Positions 36,199 through 44,618 of a DNA stretch of 64,000 bases are shown here, in pieces. The translations under genes were made by a program, and so were the position numbers. The first letter of the stretch is position 1. Each line of letters starts with the position of its first letter. The notes under the pieces were generated by a model. The model saw nothing but the letters and a program-made list of their open reading frames with translations. It made no database searches and was not told the DNA's origin. This DNA is from Candidatus Woesearchaeota archaeon (lineage in GTDB: Archaea; Nanobdellota; Nanobdellia; Woesearchaeales; GW2011-AR9), in assembly GCA_018696595.1 (NCBI GenBank), contig JABHQW010000002.1:38420-102419 (forward strand), read 5' to 3'.

Positions 36199-38532
36199 GT
36201 GGTGAGAAACAAATTAGACAAAATAATACAACTATTAATCCCTCCCTCATTAGTTCTCCTTCTTGTTGTTACTATCATTGAACTTTTTTATGGTGTTGGT
36301 AAATCTATGTCAATATTTATTGATATTTTTGATGTCTATGTGATTATTATTTTTGCTATTGATTTGTATTACCGATGGTTTGAAACTCCACGCTTTTGGC
36401 CTTATATTAAAAAACACATTCTTGATATTATTGCTACTATCCCTTTCAACTTAATTTTTTTAGGAATTGAAGCACTCGCTTTAATAAGAGCGTTAAGGGG
36501 TGTTCGTATTATTGCTAGAATTGTTAAGTTTGCACGATTTGCACGTTATGGTCGTTTATTAAGATTATTAAGATTTGGTGCAAGAGCACCGAGATTTATT
36601 AGGGTAAGAAAGCAAGTAAAAAAAGGTAAAATTCGTAAAGTTCAACCGCACGAAAAAGAGTTGAAGAAAACATTGAGTTTTAAAGTAATCCTCCTAATCA
36701 CAATTAACTCCATTATGGGTACTGGTATTTGGTTCCTTACTTCTGCAGGAGCTAAACATGCTGGTCCCGCTTCTTTAGTTTCTTGGGGTGTATTGTCTTT
36801 AATTTCTGTTTATATTGCGATGTGTTTTGGAGAATTAGTTTCTATGTTTCCAAAAGCAGGTGGCGTTTATGAGTTTGCTAAACAAGCTTACGGTAGATTT
36901 TGGAGTTTCGTTATTGGTTGGACCACATCTATTGCTGGAAGTGTAACTATTGCTATGCTTCTTTTAGGTGCGTTACAATATCTTATTCCTCTTAAATATT
37001 CTTTTACCTATATCCCTATTGCAATTTTTTTAATTATTGCTTTCAGTTATGTAGCATTTAGGGGGATGCAAACTTCAACCGTTGTTTTGGTGACCTTTGC
37101 AATCATTACTTTAACTGCGGTTGTTTCAATTATCATTCCTGGATTTATTAATTTTAAACCGGGCAATCTTGATCCTTTCTTTGTTTTCCCAGCAATGAAT
37201 GTCTTGTTAGCAATATTCTTTATTGCGGAAACTTTCTTTGGTTGGGAAAGTGCTATTTTTCTTTCTGCTGAAACAAAAAATCCTTCTAAAATAATGCCTA
37301 AGGCGTTAATTTACGGAACTCTTATTATTGCGGTTTTGTCTTTCTTTTTAGCTCTTACAGCTATGGGTACTATTCCCTGGGCAGAATTTTCAGAATCTGT
37401 AGCACCACTAAAAGATTTAGGAAGCGTCCATTTTGGAAATATTGGGGGGATAATCTTTGCAATATTGATTTTTATTTCTGTAATTGGTGCTACTGCAGGT
37501 TGGATTGTAACTGCACCAAGATTATTAATGTCTATTGCTGAAGATAAATTATTTTTCACTCAATTTGCAAAAATTCATCCCAAACATAAAAGCCCTTACG
37601 TTTCAATAATTTTTCAAGTTTTAGTTGTTTCAACTTTAGTTATTGTTGGGGCTGGTTCGTATGAAACTTTATTGCATATGCTAATTCCTTTAATTTTGGT
37701 TGTCTATTCTGCTGTCTTGTTAAGTCTCGTTATTTTACGTTTTAAAAGACCAGAATTAAAACGACCTTACAAAGTTATTTTTGGAAAAGTTGGCCCTCTT
37801 ATCACGATGCTGTTTATGGTTTTTCTATTAATAATGTTTATTAAAGAAACTCATAGTGCTTTTGACATCTTGAGGATTTCTGCTGGTTTAGTTGCTTTTG
37901 GTATCCCTGCTTATTTCGCAATTGAATTATTTTATGATAAGAAATATGTTACTCTTAGAAGAAATTTGATGGCTAAGTTATCACATCATTATAATAAATT
38001 TCCTTTAACTAAAATGACATTTAATAAAATAATTTCTTTAGTTGGACCATTTAATAAGAAATCTTCTCTTATGGTTTATAATTCTCCAATGGGGGCTTTT
38101 ACTCAAAAAATTGTTAAATCTAAAATTCCTTTCCGTAAAATAATTATTGCCAATCAGTCAAAAGAAGAAATTAAAGTTTTCAAAGAAAAAATTTCTTCTG
38201 AAAATAGAAAACATATTGGTGTGCATTTGTTGAGAAAATTAAGTGTCCCTGTAAATGTGGGGAAAGTAAATGCTTTTGTTTCATTTAATAGTTTAGGACA
38301 TGTTAAAGACGTAGCTGGGTTTGTTCACAATGTAAAGAAAGTTCTTAATAAAAAAGGCAAGTTCTGTTTTTATGTTAAAAACAATTTTCTGAATATGACT
38401 CCTAATGCTTTATTAGTTGAAGATAAGAAAAAGATGCTGGCTTTGTTTAAGAAAGAAAAATTAGTGGTAACTTATAACAAAAAAAGAAGATTGTTTAAGA
38501 CAGAAATATTTATTTGTGGTAAAAAAGTTTAA
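36199..38532 (+). CDS. Voltage-sensor domain + APC permease + degenerate methyltransferase-like domain (triple fusion)
   Basis: S2 IIFAIDLYYRW, S3 HILDIIATIPF, S4 RALRGVRIIARIVKFARFARYGRLLRLLR; APC motifs INSIMGTGIW, PKAGGVY, FFGWESAIFLSAE; MTase-fold tail. Confidence 0.88.
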   Translation: MVRNKLDKIIQLLIPPSLVLLLVVTIIELFYGVGKSMSIFIDIFDVYVIIIFAIDLYYRWFETPRFWPYIKKHILDIIATIPFNLIFLGIEALALIRALRGVRIIARIVKFARFARYGRLLRLLRFGARAPRFIRVRKQVKKGKIRKVQPHEKELKKTLSFKVILLITINSIMGTGIWFLTSAGAKHAGPASLVSWGVLSLISVYIAMCFGELVSMFPKAGGVYEFAKQAYGRFWSFVIGWTTSIAGSVTIAMLLLGALQYLIPLKYSFTYIPIAIFLIIAFSYVAFRGMQTSTVVLVTFAIITLTAVVSIIIPGFINFKPGNLDPFFVFPAMNVLLAIFFIAETFFGWESAIFLSAETKNPSKIMPKALIYGTLIIAVLSFFLALTAMGTIPWAEFSESVAPLKDLGSVHFGNIGGIIFAILIFISVIGATAGWIVTAPRLLMSIAEDKLFFTQFAKIHPKHKSPYVSIIFQVLVVSTLVIVGAGSYETLLHMLIPLILVVYSAVLLSLVILRFKRPELKRPYKVIFGKVGPLITMLFMVFLLIMFIKETHSAFDILRISAGLVAFGIPAYFAIELFYDKKYVTLRRNLMAKLSHHYNKFPLTKMTFNKIISLVGPFNKKSSLMVYNSPMGAFTQKIVKSKIPFRKIIIANQSKEEIKVFKEKISSENRKHIGVHLLRKLSVPVNVGKVNAFVSFNSLGHVKDVAGFVHNVKKVLNKKGKFCFYVKNNFLNMTPNALLVEDKKKMLALFKKEKLVVTYNKKRRLFKTEIFICGKKV

Positions 38533-38605
38533 TGAAAGTTTTATAAATAAAATCGTTTTTAAGAAATAAAGAGACTGATTCTGATGTTGGTGGAGGGAAG
38601 TAAAA

Positions 38606-38956
38606 ATGGTAAAATTAACTTATATTGAAAAAAAAGGATTTACTCAGAACAACCGTTATGACGCTGGAGTTCAAGCTATTAAGGCTACTGGTGTATTGGA
38701 AGCTTTTTATAATTTATTGCCTAGTCATGATCAAAGAGGATTTAATATTTCTTCTGGTATCGTTGATACTCTCCCTTCTTACTTTGCGGTTCCTATCAAA
38801 CGAAAATTAGAAAAAAGTTTTAACCCTAATATACATCCGCAGGATCCAGTAATTGCGGTTGCTGATTACAGATTAAATGAAAGAATTAATCTCAATCCAG
38901 AAGAAAACCAAACTCTTGATAAATTAATGGAAGGAATAAGTATGGTGCCATTGTAA
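38606..38956 (+). CDS. Hypothetical protein
   Basis: 116-aa ORF with GGAGGGA RBS and upstream TTTATAAA. Confidence 0.6.
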   Translation: MVKLTYIEKKGFTQNNRYDAGVQAIKATGVLEAFYNLLPSHDQRGFNISSGIVDTLPSYFAVPIKRKLEKSFNPNIHPQDPVIAVADYRLNERINLNPEENQTLDKLMEGISMVPL

Positions 38957-38964
38957 TCTTTCAT

Positions 38965-39543
38965 CTACTTTTTATTTTTGTTTTTCTTCAAATTTCTTTT
39001 CTCTAGAACTTTTGTATGTTTCTTCTGATACTCTGGTTTGTGTCTATGAACATGATGTGTGACTTTTGTAAACAATCTTGATTTGGTAACAATTCTTAAT
39101 GATCGAGCAGCTAATCTAATATACTTAGCAATTTTCTGACTTCTACTTAAGGCAGAGATGCCTTTTCTTGCTTCTAATGACTCATGTAATATTGCTTGAC
39201 TAATGGTGTATTTTCCAGCAGTTGCAGCGACTCGCCAAACTCGACTTACAATAGTAAATACAATCACTAGGGGGACAACTGCGACTATATCTAACCAGTA
39301 ACTTTTGAAAAAGAATTTCCAGGTTTTAGCTTTGATTGCCAAGAAGATCAAATCAATGACAAAGATGACGATGATAAAGTAATCTAATGCCACAATCGGT
39401 GTATGGTAAAGTTCAACAAAATGATGAACTGATTCGTTAAAGTACCCGATGACTTCTAAAACGATAATTATCAGCAAACCCACAATCGCTGCTGGAATTA
39501 ACTTGGCATTCCAATGTTCAACCTTTTCCCAAAAATTATTCAT
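38965..39543 (-). CDS. Stand-alone voltage-sensor-like (S1-S4) membrane protein with no pore domain
   Basis: Likely start MNNFWEK (39543); S2 IIVIFVIDLIF, S3 YWLDIVAVVP, basic KIAKYIRLAARSLRIVTKSR segment, His/Lys-rich tail. Confidence 0.8.
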   Translation of the reverse strand: MNNFWEKVEHWNAKLIPAAIVGLLIIIVLEVIGYFNESVHHFVELYHTPIVALDYFIIVIFVIDLIFLAIKAKTWKFFFKSYWLDIVAVVPLVIVFTIVSRVWRVAATAGKYTISQAILHESLEARKGISALSRSQKIAKYIRLAARSLRIVTKSRLFTKVTHHVHRHKPEYQKKHTKVLEKRNLKKNKNKK

Positions 39544-39636
39544 AGAAGAAAGTAATTTTTTTAGGTATATAAATTTTGTCCTGTGATAACTTTTATAAAT
39601 GATAGAACAATAGTTAACTATGAAAAGAGGCATGAG
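39544..39636. promoter_or_regulatory. Divergent promoter region shared by the VSD-only gene and APC paralog 3
   Basis: TATATAAA at about 39567 and TTTATAAA at about 39592; AAGAGG RBS before the ATG at 39637. Confidence 0.5.
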
Positions 39637-41712
39637 ATGAAACTTAAACAGTTCTGGCAGTATTTAGTTACGGATAGTTCTAAGAAGAAGAAAGTTACAA
39701 CTCTAACTTCTAATAAATCTATTTCTACTAAAACTGTAACTGTAAAAAGGCATCAATCTACCGCAAAAAGACTTCTCTCATCACCGGTTGTACTATTTAT
39801 TTTAATTAACTCTATCTTAGGGAGCTCATTATTTTACCTCCCCAGCCTAGGAGTTGTTTCTTCTGGGGCGGCATCACTTATTGCTTGGATTCTATTATTT
39901 GCTCTTTCAACATTTATGATGCTTTACGTTTCTGAATTAATTACTTTACATCCTACCTCAGGTGGAACTTACGAGTTCTGTAAACGAGCTTACGGAAGAC
40001 AAATCTCTTTTTTTGCTGGCTGGATTATTTGGATTGCTGGAAATTTCGGAATGGCTCTTAATGTAGTGGCGGCTTCTGAATACTTTATCCCAGATACTTA
40101 TTCTTACTACTTCATTTTACGACTAGTTTTTGCAGCAATCTGGATTCTTGTTCTTAACTTTATGGCTTTTAGAGGAATAGATGCGGGAGCAACAATGTTA
40201 GTTGTTTTCGGAATTTTAACTGTGGTTGTAGTGATTGCAATGATCTTACCTTCTTTCATTGACATTCCTACTTTGTTTCAAGGAAGTTTAACCAGCCCAT
40301 TTCAATTAGAAATGATGCAACCTTTCTTCCGTCATACTGGATTAGGAATATTTAGTTTCTTACTTCTCTCGGTTTTCTTAATCGCGGAAGCATTCTTTGG
40401 TTTTGAAACAGTAAGTTATATGGCTAACGAAGTTAAAGATAAAAAGAATTTACCAAAAATAATGATTTCTGCAATGGTCATTTGTGGTGTTATCATGACG
40501 ATTTATCTGTTAAGTTCGTTGGGGACAGTTTCTTATCATGATTATGTTAGTGATGCTCGGCCTTGGGCAGTACAGGCATTAAACAATATGGGCAGTTTAG
40601 GACAGAACTTTGTTGTTTTTGGTATGTACCTAGTAATTATTGGTGCGGCAGCAGCGTGGCCAATTGCTAGTTCAAGATTGATTAGGGCGATGTCTAGCGA
40701 TAAATTGTTTTTGAAACATTTCTCAAAGTTACATCCAAAACACAAATCTCCTTATCGTGCAGTTTATTTTCAAACAATCATAATTTTCTTATTTGCTTGG
40801 TTTATTTTTCGTGGATATATTGTTAAATGGGGTGATCCATATCGGACCATTTACTTAATCTACTTATTACTAAGTTTAATTGTACTATCACTTGTCCTTT
40901 TTGCAGTTCCTATCTTGAGGAAGAAAGAAGCACATTTGAAAAGAACATTTAAGGCGCCATTACCTTGGCTTGGTCCAATATTCTTTGTTGGTCTTTTTGT
41001 TTTCATGATTATTAATTGGATCAGAATTGAAGGTGGTGTAGCAACGTCTGTAATTTTAATGGCAGGGTCATTTGTTGTTTTAGGAATTCCATTTTATTTC
41101 TTAGTGGAAATGTTTTACAATCCTAAGGCTATCATCTCAGTTAATGAAAGGTTATCTTATTTTGTAGTTATTGGAGAAAAATTATTTTTTCCTTTTACTA
41201 TTAGAAACAGATTGATTAAAGACCTAAAAACTTTGCGAGGGAAGTCTGTTTTAGAGTATGGTTGTTCTTTCGGAACACTAACTCGGAAGTTGGCAAAGAA
41301 AGTTACTTCTACTGGAAAAATTTACGCGACAGATTTATCTTTACACAAAGTTAAGATTGCTGATCAAAGAACAAAACGAATCAAGCATGTTTTTGTTCAT
41401 CATCATCCTCATTTGAGTGATTTCAAATTGAAATTGCCTCAGAAGGTTGATAACGTGCTCTCTGTGGGGATGTTATCTTACATGCAGAATCCTTTGAAAG
41501 TATTGTCAAGTTTAGCGAAGCGAGTAAAAAGGGGTGCTGACGTAGTATTCTTGGATTATGATAAATTCTTTTACTTTATTCCTAACGTGAAGTGGATTGA
41601 AGAAGATAAAAAGCTAATTGCTTTATTCAAACGAGCGGGTTACAAAGTCAAAGTAGAAAGAAAACGTGGTTTATTATGGACTTATGTTATTATTAGTGGA
41701 AAAAGAGTTTAA
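39637..41712 (+). CDS. APC-family permease fused to a C-terminal class I SAM-methyltransferase-like domain (paralog 3)
   Basis: INSILGSSLF, PTSGGTYEF, FFGFETVSYMANE, SRLIRAMSSD; VLEYGCSFG, IYATD, VDNVLS, VKRG. Confidence 0.9.
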   Translation: MKLKQFWQYLVTDSSKKKKVTTLTSNKSISTKTVTVKRHQSTAKRLLSSPVVLFILINSILGSSLFYLPSLGVVSSGAASLIAWILLFALSTFMMLYVSELITLHPTSGGTYEFCKRAYGRQISFFAGWIIWIAGNFGMALNVVAASEYFIPDTYSYYFILRLVFAAIWILVLNFMAFRGIDAGATMLVVFGILTVVVVIAMILPSFIDIPTLFQGSLTSPFQLEMMQPFFRHTGLGIFSFLLLSVFLIAEAFFGFETVSYMANEVKDKKNLPKIMISAMVICGVIMTIYLLSSLGTVSYHDYVSDARPWAVQALNNMGSLGQNFVVFGMYLVIIGAAAAWPIASSRLIRAMSSDKLFLKHFSKLHPKHKSPYRAVYFQTIIIFLFAWFIFRGYIVKWGDPYRTIYLIYLLLSLIVLSLVLFAVPILRKKEAHLKRTFKAPLPWLGPIFFVGLFVFMIINWIRIEGGVATSVILMAGSFVVLGIPFYFLVEMFYNPKAIISVNERLSYFVVIGEKLFFPFTIRNRLIKDLKTLRGKSVLEYGCSFGTLTRKLAKKVTSTGKIYATDLSLHKVKIADQRTKRIKHVFVHHHPHLSDFKLKLPQKVDNVLSVGMLSYMQNPLKVLSSLAKRVKRGADVVFLDYDKFFYFIPNVKWIEEDKKLIALFKRAGYKVKVERKRGLLWTYVIISGKRV

Positions 41713-41717
41713 GAAAT

Positions 41718-42782
41718 TTATTTTCTTTTCTTTTTCTTTACTACTTTTTTTTTAATAACTTTCTTGGCAGTTTTCTTTTTGAGAGTTTTCTTCTTTACTG
41801 GTTTCTTTTTAGCAACTTTTTTTACTGTCTTTTTCTTTGTTACTTTCTTTTTAGCTACCTTTTTCTTGACAGGTTTTGTTACAACTTTCTTTTTAGAAGA
41901 TTCTTTCTTACTAAAACTTACACTTTTCTTAGCAGCTAAATTTAATTTCTCTAAATCTTCAACAATATCAGAAGCAATGAAACAGTAACCTTTTTTTCTC
42001 TTCAATAATTGGTCGCCAACCCAGCCATTAACATAACTTGCCGCAACTGCACTTTTAAACAAGTCTCTTGTCTTAGATAAAAATCCCACTGCTAGACCCG
42101 CTAAAACATCTCCTGTGCCAGCTTTAGTCATTCCTTGATTGCCAGTTCTATTGTAAGCAACTTTATTTCTTGAAATAATTATATCTGTGGCTCCTTTCAG
42201 AAGTAGAACATTATTGTTTTGTAAAAAGTAACGTAAGTTTCCTTGCAGAATATCTGCTTTTTCTTTAGCATTAGCTGATTTTAGTTTTGGTAACAGAAAC
42301 TCTTTGCCACTGTTAGCTAACATCATTTCTAATTCTGCTTCGTGTGGAGTAATGATAGAATTGTTGAAATCTTTAAATGACATTGATTTTAATGCATCAG
42401 CATCAACAACTTTTAATCGTGGTGATTTTCTGATAAAATATTGGCTGAACTTGTCTGCTTTTCTGGTAATACCATTGCCTAAACAAATTGCATCAAATAA
42501 TTCTGCATACTTAACCATTTCTTTTGCGTTTTTAATATTAAAATTACTGCCTTTGATTTTGTGAGTTATTAAATCTGGAGAGTAAGAGTTAATTATCCAA
42601 GCAACCTTTTCTGGGGCTGCAATCGTTACTGAATCACAACCAGCTCTTAGTGCTGCTAATCCTGCAAGGGCTGGAGCACCAACATAATCTTCAGAACCGC
42701 CAATAATTAAGGCATAACCATTTTCTCCTTTAGAAGAATTTTTCTTTCTGTCCATTAACTTTTTCACTTGATTAAGATTCAT
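41718..42782 (-). CDS. nnrD: ADP-dependent NAD(P)H-hydrate dehydratase (YjeF C-terminal domain only) with H1-like Lys-rich tail
   Basis: SSKGENGYALIIGGSEDYVGAP, AICLGNG, VVDADAL, ITPHEAE, LLKGA, GMTKAGTGDVLAG. Confidence 0.92.
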   Translation of the reverse strand: MNLNQVKKLMDRKKNSSKGENGYALIIGGSEDYVGAPALAGLAALRAGCDSVTIAAPEKVAWIINSYSPDLITHKIKGSNFNIKNAKEMVKYAELFDAICLGNGITRKADKFSQYFIRKSPRLKVVDADALKSMSFKDFNNSIITPHEAELEMMLANSGKEFLLPKLKSANAKEKADILQGNLRYFLQNNNVLLLKGATDIIISRNKVAYNRTGNQGMTKAGTGDVLAGLAVGFLSKTRDLFKSAVAASYVNGWVGDQLLKRKKGYCFIASDIVEDLEKLNLAAKKSVSFSKKESSKKKVVTKPVKKKVAKKKVTKKKTVKKVAKKKPVKKKTLKKKTAKKVIKKKVVKKKKRK

Positions 42783-42858
42783 TTGCTTACCTCTTTTTTA
42801 AACTACGATTTAAAAAAAGGTCAAAAGGAATTTGTTCCTTTGCTTACCTCTTTTTAAA
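42782..42858. repeat. 20-bp direct repeat duplicating the nnrD RBS region
   Basis: TTTGCTTACCTCTTTTT(T)AAA at 42782-42802 and 42839-42858. Confidence 0.7.
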
Positions 42859-43029
42859 TACCTTTGATTTTTAATTATGTTATTTATAAAGTAGGCTAGT
42901 TTTTGAGGTTTATTAATCTTTGTAATTATTAAAGGGTAGATAATCTTCTTTTTTATTGTATTTAGGGTTATTATTTGTATTTGTTTGAAGAACGATAACA
43001 ATATAAACTTCTTTTAGATTTCTAATAGA

Positions 43030-43533
43030 ATGAAACATACTTTTGTATTTATTGATAAAATTGTGGATTTGCTTAGTGGTGGTCCGCGTCAGACTATAGA
43101 AACTCCAGAAAGGAAAGAAGAAGCTAGAAAAATTTGCACCGAACTTCTGAAGTATATTGGGATTCTTGATACGCTCATTAAGAACCATAAAGAAGAAAAA
43201 TATTTGAAAAGATTACACGATGCCCACATTTCTAAGATTAGCGATTGGGCAGATCAAGTAGCTAAATTGTTTGAAAGATTTGATTCTTTCTTAAGGATCT
43301 TAGAAGCTGACATTAAAAAATTACAAGCAATTATAGAGGGTGATAGAGATGAAGAATGGTCAACACGGTTTGGTTCTACTGGTTTTGGTTTATATATGTC
43401 TGGATTGCATGATAAAGAAAATGAAATGAAAAGGTTCAGAGAGATTGCAGTTTTTGAAATGCATGAACTTAAAGGAACGATTTCAGCCGAACATCTGGCG
43501 GAATTGGAACAAGTTTTAGATTTATTAGAATGA
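43030..43533 (+). CDS. Hypothetical helical protein
   Basis: 167-aa ORF; no motif recognised. Confidence 0.65.
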   Translation: MKHTFVFIDKIVDLLSGGPRQTIETPERKEEARKICTELLKYIGILDTLIKNHKEEKYLKRLHDAHISKISDWADQVAKLFERFDSFLRILEADIKKLQAIIEGDRDEEWSTRFGSTGFGLYMSGLHDKENEMKRFREIAVFEMHELKGTISAEHLAELEQVLDLLE

Positions 43534-43590
43534 TTTATTTGACTCTTAAAGAAAAACCTTTTAAATAAACTAACATATTCTTCTGAGTGT

Positions 43591-43771
43591 GGCCCCATAG
43601 CTTACCCTGGTGGAGCGCCAGTCTTATATGGCAGTGTTCTACACAATCGCAAGACAGCTGGAGGTTCCGGGTTCAAAACAGTTATTTCGCCAACTGGGAG
43701 CGAGAGGCGGCGTAATCTCGCGTTGCTCGCTTAACCCCCTGCGAAAAACTATGAAAGTCCCGGTGGGGCCA
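43591..43771 (+). tRNA. tRNA-Ile(UAU) with two introns (37/38: 43629-43655; 59/60: 43678-43757)
   Basis: Acceptor GGCCCCA/TGGGGCC with A73, CCAGT-CT-TAT-AA-GCTGG, CCGGG-TTCAAAT-CCCGG after splicing; D loop slightly atypical (C15, G21). Confidence 0.8.
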
Positions 43772-43831
43772 TATTTTTTATTTCTTTTACCACAATCTTA
43801 ATAAATCAGTTAAGTTTTTGCAGAACTTAAT

Positions 43832-43924
43832 GCGGGAGTAGTATAGTGGTTAGTATACGGCGTTGCCAATAGCTTTTCGCTAAGTAAAGACGCTGTGACC
43901 TGGGTTCAAGTCCCAGCTCTCGCA
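43832..43924 (+). tRNA. tRNA-Gly(GCC) with canonical intron 43869-43889
   Basis: GCGGGAG/CTCTCGC, CGGCG-TT-GCC-AA-CGCTG, BHB helix TTGC/GTAA. Confidence 0.95.
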
Positions 43925-43959
43925 CTTCATTTTCTAATAAATAAAAAAATAAAAAGAAA

Positions 43960-44358
43960 TTATCTTTGGGCGTAAGCAAATGTTGCTTTCAAGGCCACAA
44001 TTATTGTTGCTGGCACAAACAATGTTAAGATTCCTGTCAACATATTAGTTATTGACGGAGCAACAGCATCAAAAATTCCCACTTGAATTCCTAAGAACGA
44101 GATTAATACTAATACTGTTCCACTAGTTAAGAATCCAGAAATCTCTTCAACTGCAATGTTTAGTAATCCTACTATAATCCCTAATAGAAATACTGTCCAT
44201 AAAATTTCTTTCTGGTAAGCACCAGTAAAACCCAATCCTAATACTATAGCAAGAAACAGCCCAATTAAGAATGACCAACTGCCAACTAAATTTCTACGGC
44301 AATAACTTCCTTCACATTTGACCTGTTTTGCAACTTTTTTTTTCTTTCTTTTAACCAT
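43960..44358 (-). CDS. Small four-TM hypothetical membrane protein
   Basis: ATG at 44358 after GAGGTGA; GSWSFLIGLFLAI..LGIIVGLLNI..E...FL pattern. Confidence 0.75.
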   Translation of the reverse strand: MVKRKKKKVAKQVKCEGSYCRRNLVGSWSFLIGLFLAIVLGLGFTGAYQKEILWTVFLLGIIVGLLNIAVEEISGFLTSGTVLVLISFLGIQVGIFDAVAPSITNMLTGILTLFVPATIIVALKATFAYAQR

Positions 44359-44437
44359 AAATTTCACCTCTTTTTCTCTAGAATTATTTTATGGTATAAA
44401 AAGTTTTATAAATTAGGTGCGTTTCTGCTAAAAGTAA

Positions 44438-44582
44438 CCCTTCATAGTTTAGTGGCTAGAACGTCCGGCTGTAGAAATCGTTTGATTTTGCCATAATGGC
44501 TAGAAATGAAAAACGATCAGCTGTAGTCACCGGAAGATCCCCGGTTCAAATTGTTTTAAACATGAAAGTCCGGGTGAGGGGA
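44438..44582 (+). tRNA. tRNA-Tyr(GUA) with two introns (37/38: 44475-44528; 59/60: 44551-44568)
   Basis: C1-G72 acceptor CCCTTCA/TGAGGGG, A73, TCCGG-CT-GTA-GA-CCGGA, BHB helices CTGT/GTAG and TTCA/TGAA. Confidence 0.93.
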
Positions 44583-44586
44583 CTCA

Positions 44587-44618
44587 TTTGGGAAGAATTG
44601 CGTTTTATTCTTCCCAAA
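44587..44618 (+). terminator. Perfect 12-bp hairpin after tRNA-Tyr
   Basis: TTTGGGAAGAAT-8nt-ATTCTTCCCAAA followed by CTTTT. Confidence 0.6.

Noticed and set aside
36199-36660. Voltage-gated potassium channel
   Set aside because: S1-S4 present but no S5-pore helix-TVGYG-S6 here or in the 38965 ORF
43610-43801. 63-aa ORF
   Set aside because: Overlaps the intron-containing tRNA-Ile gene; the GC-rich composition is explained by the tRNA
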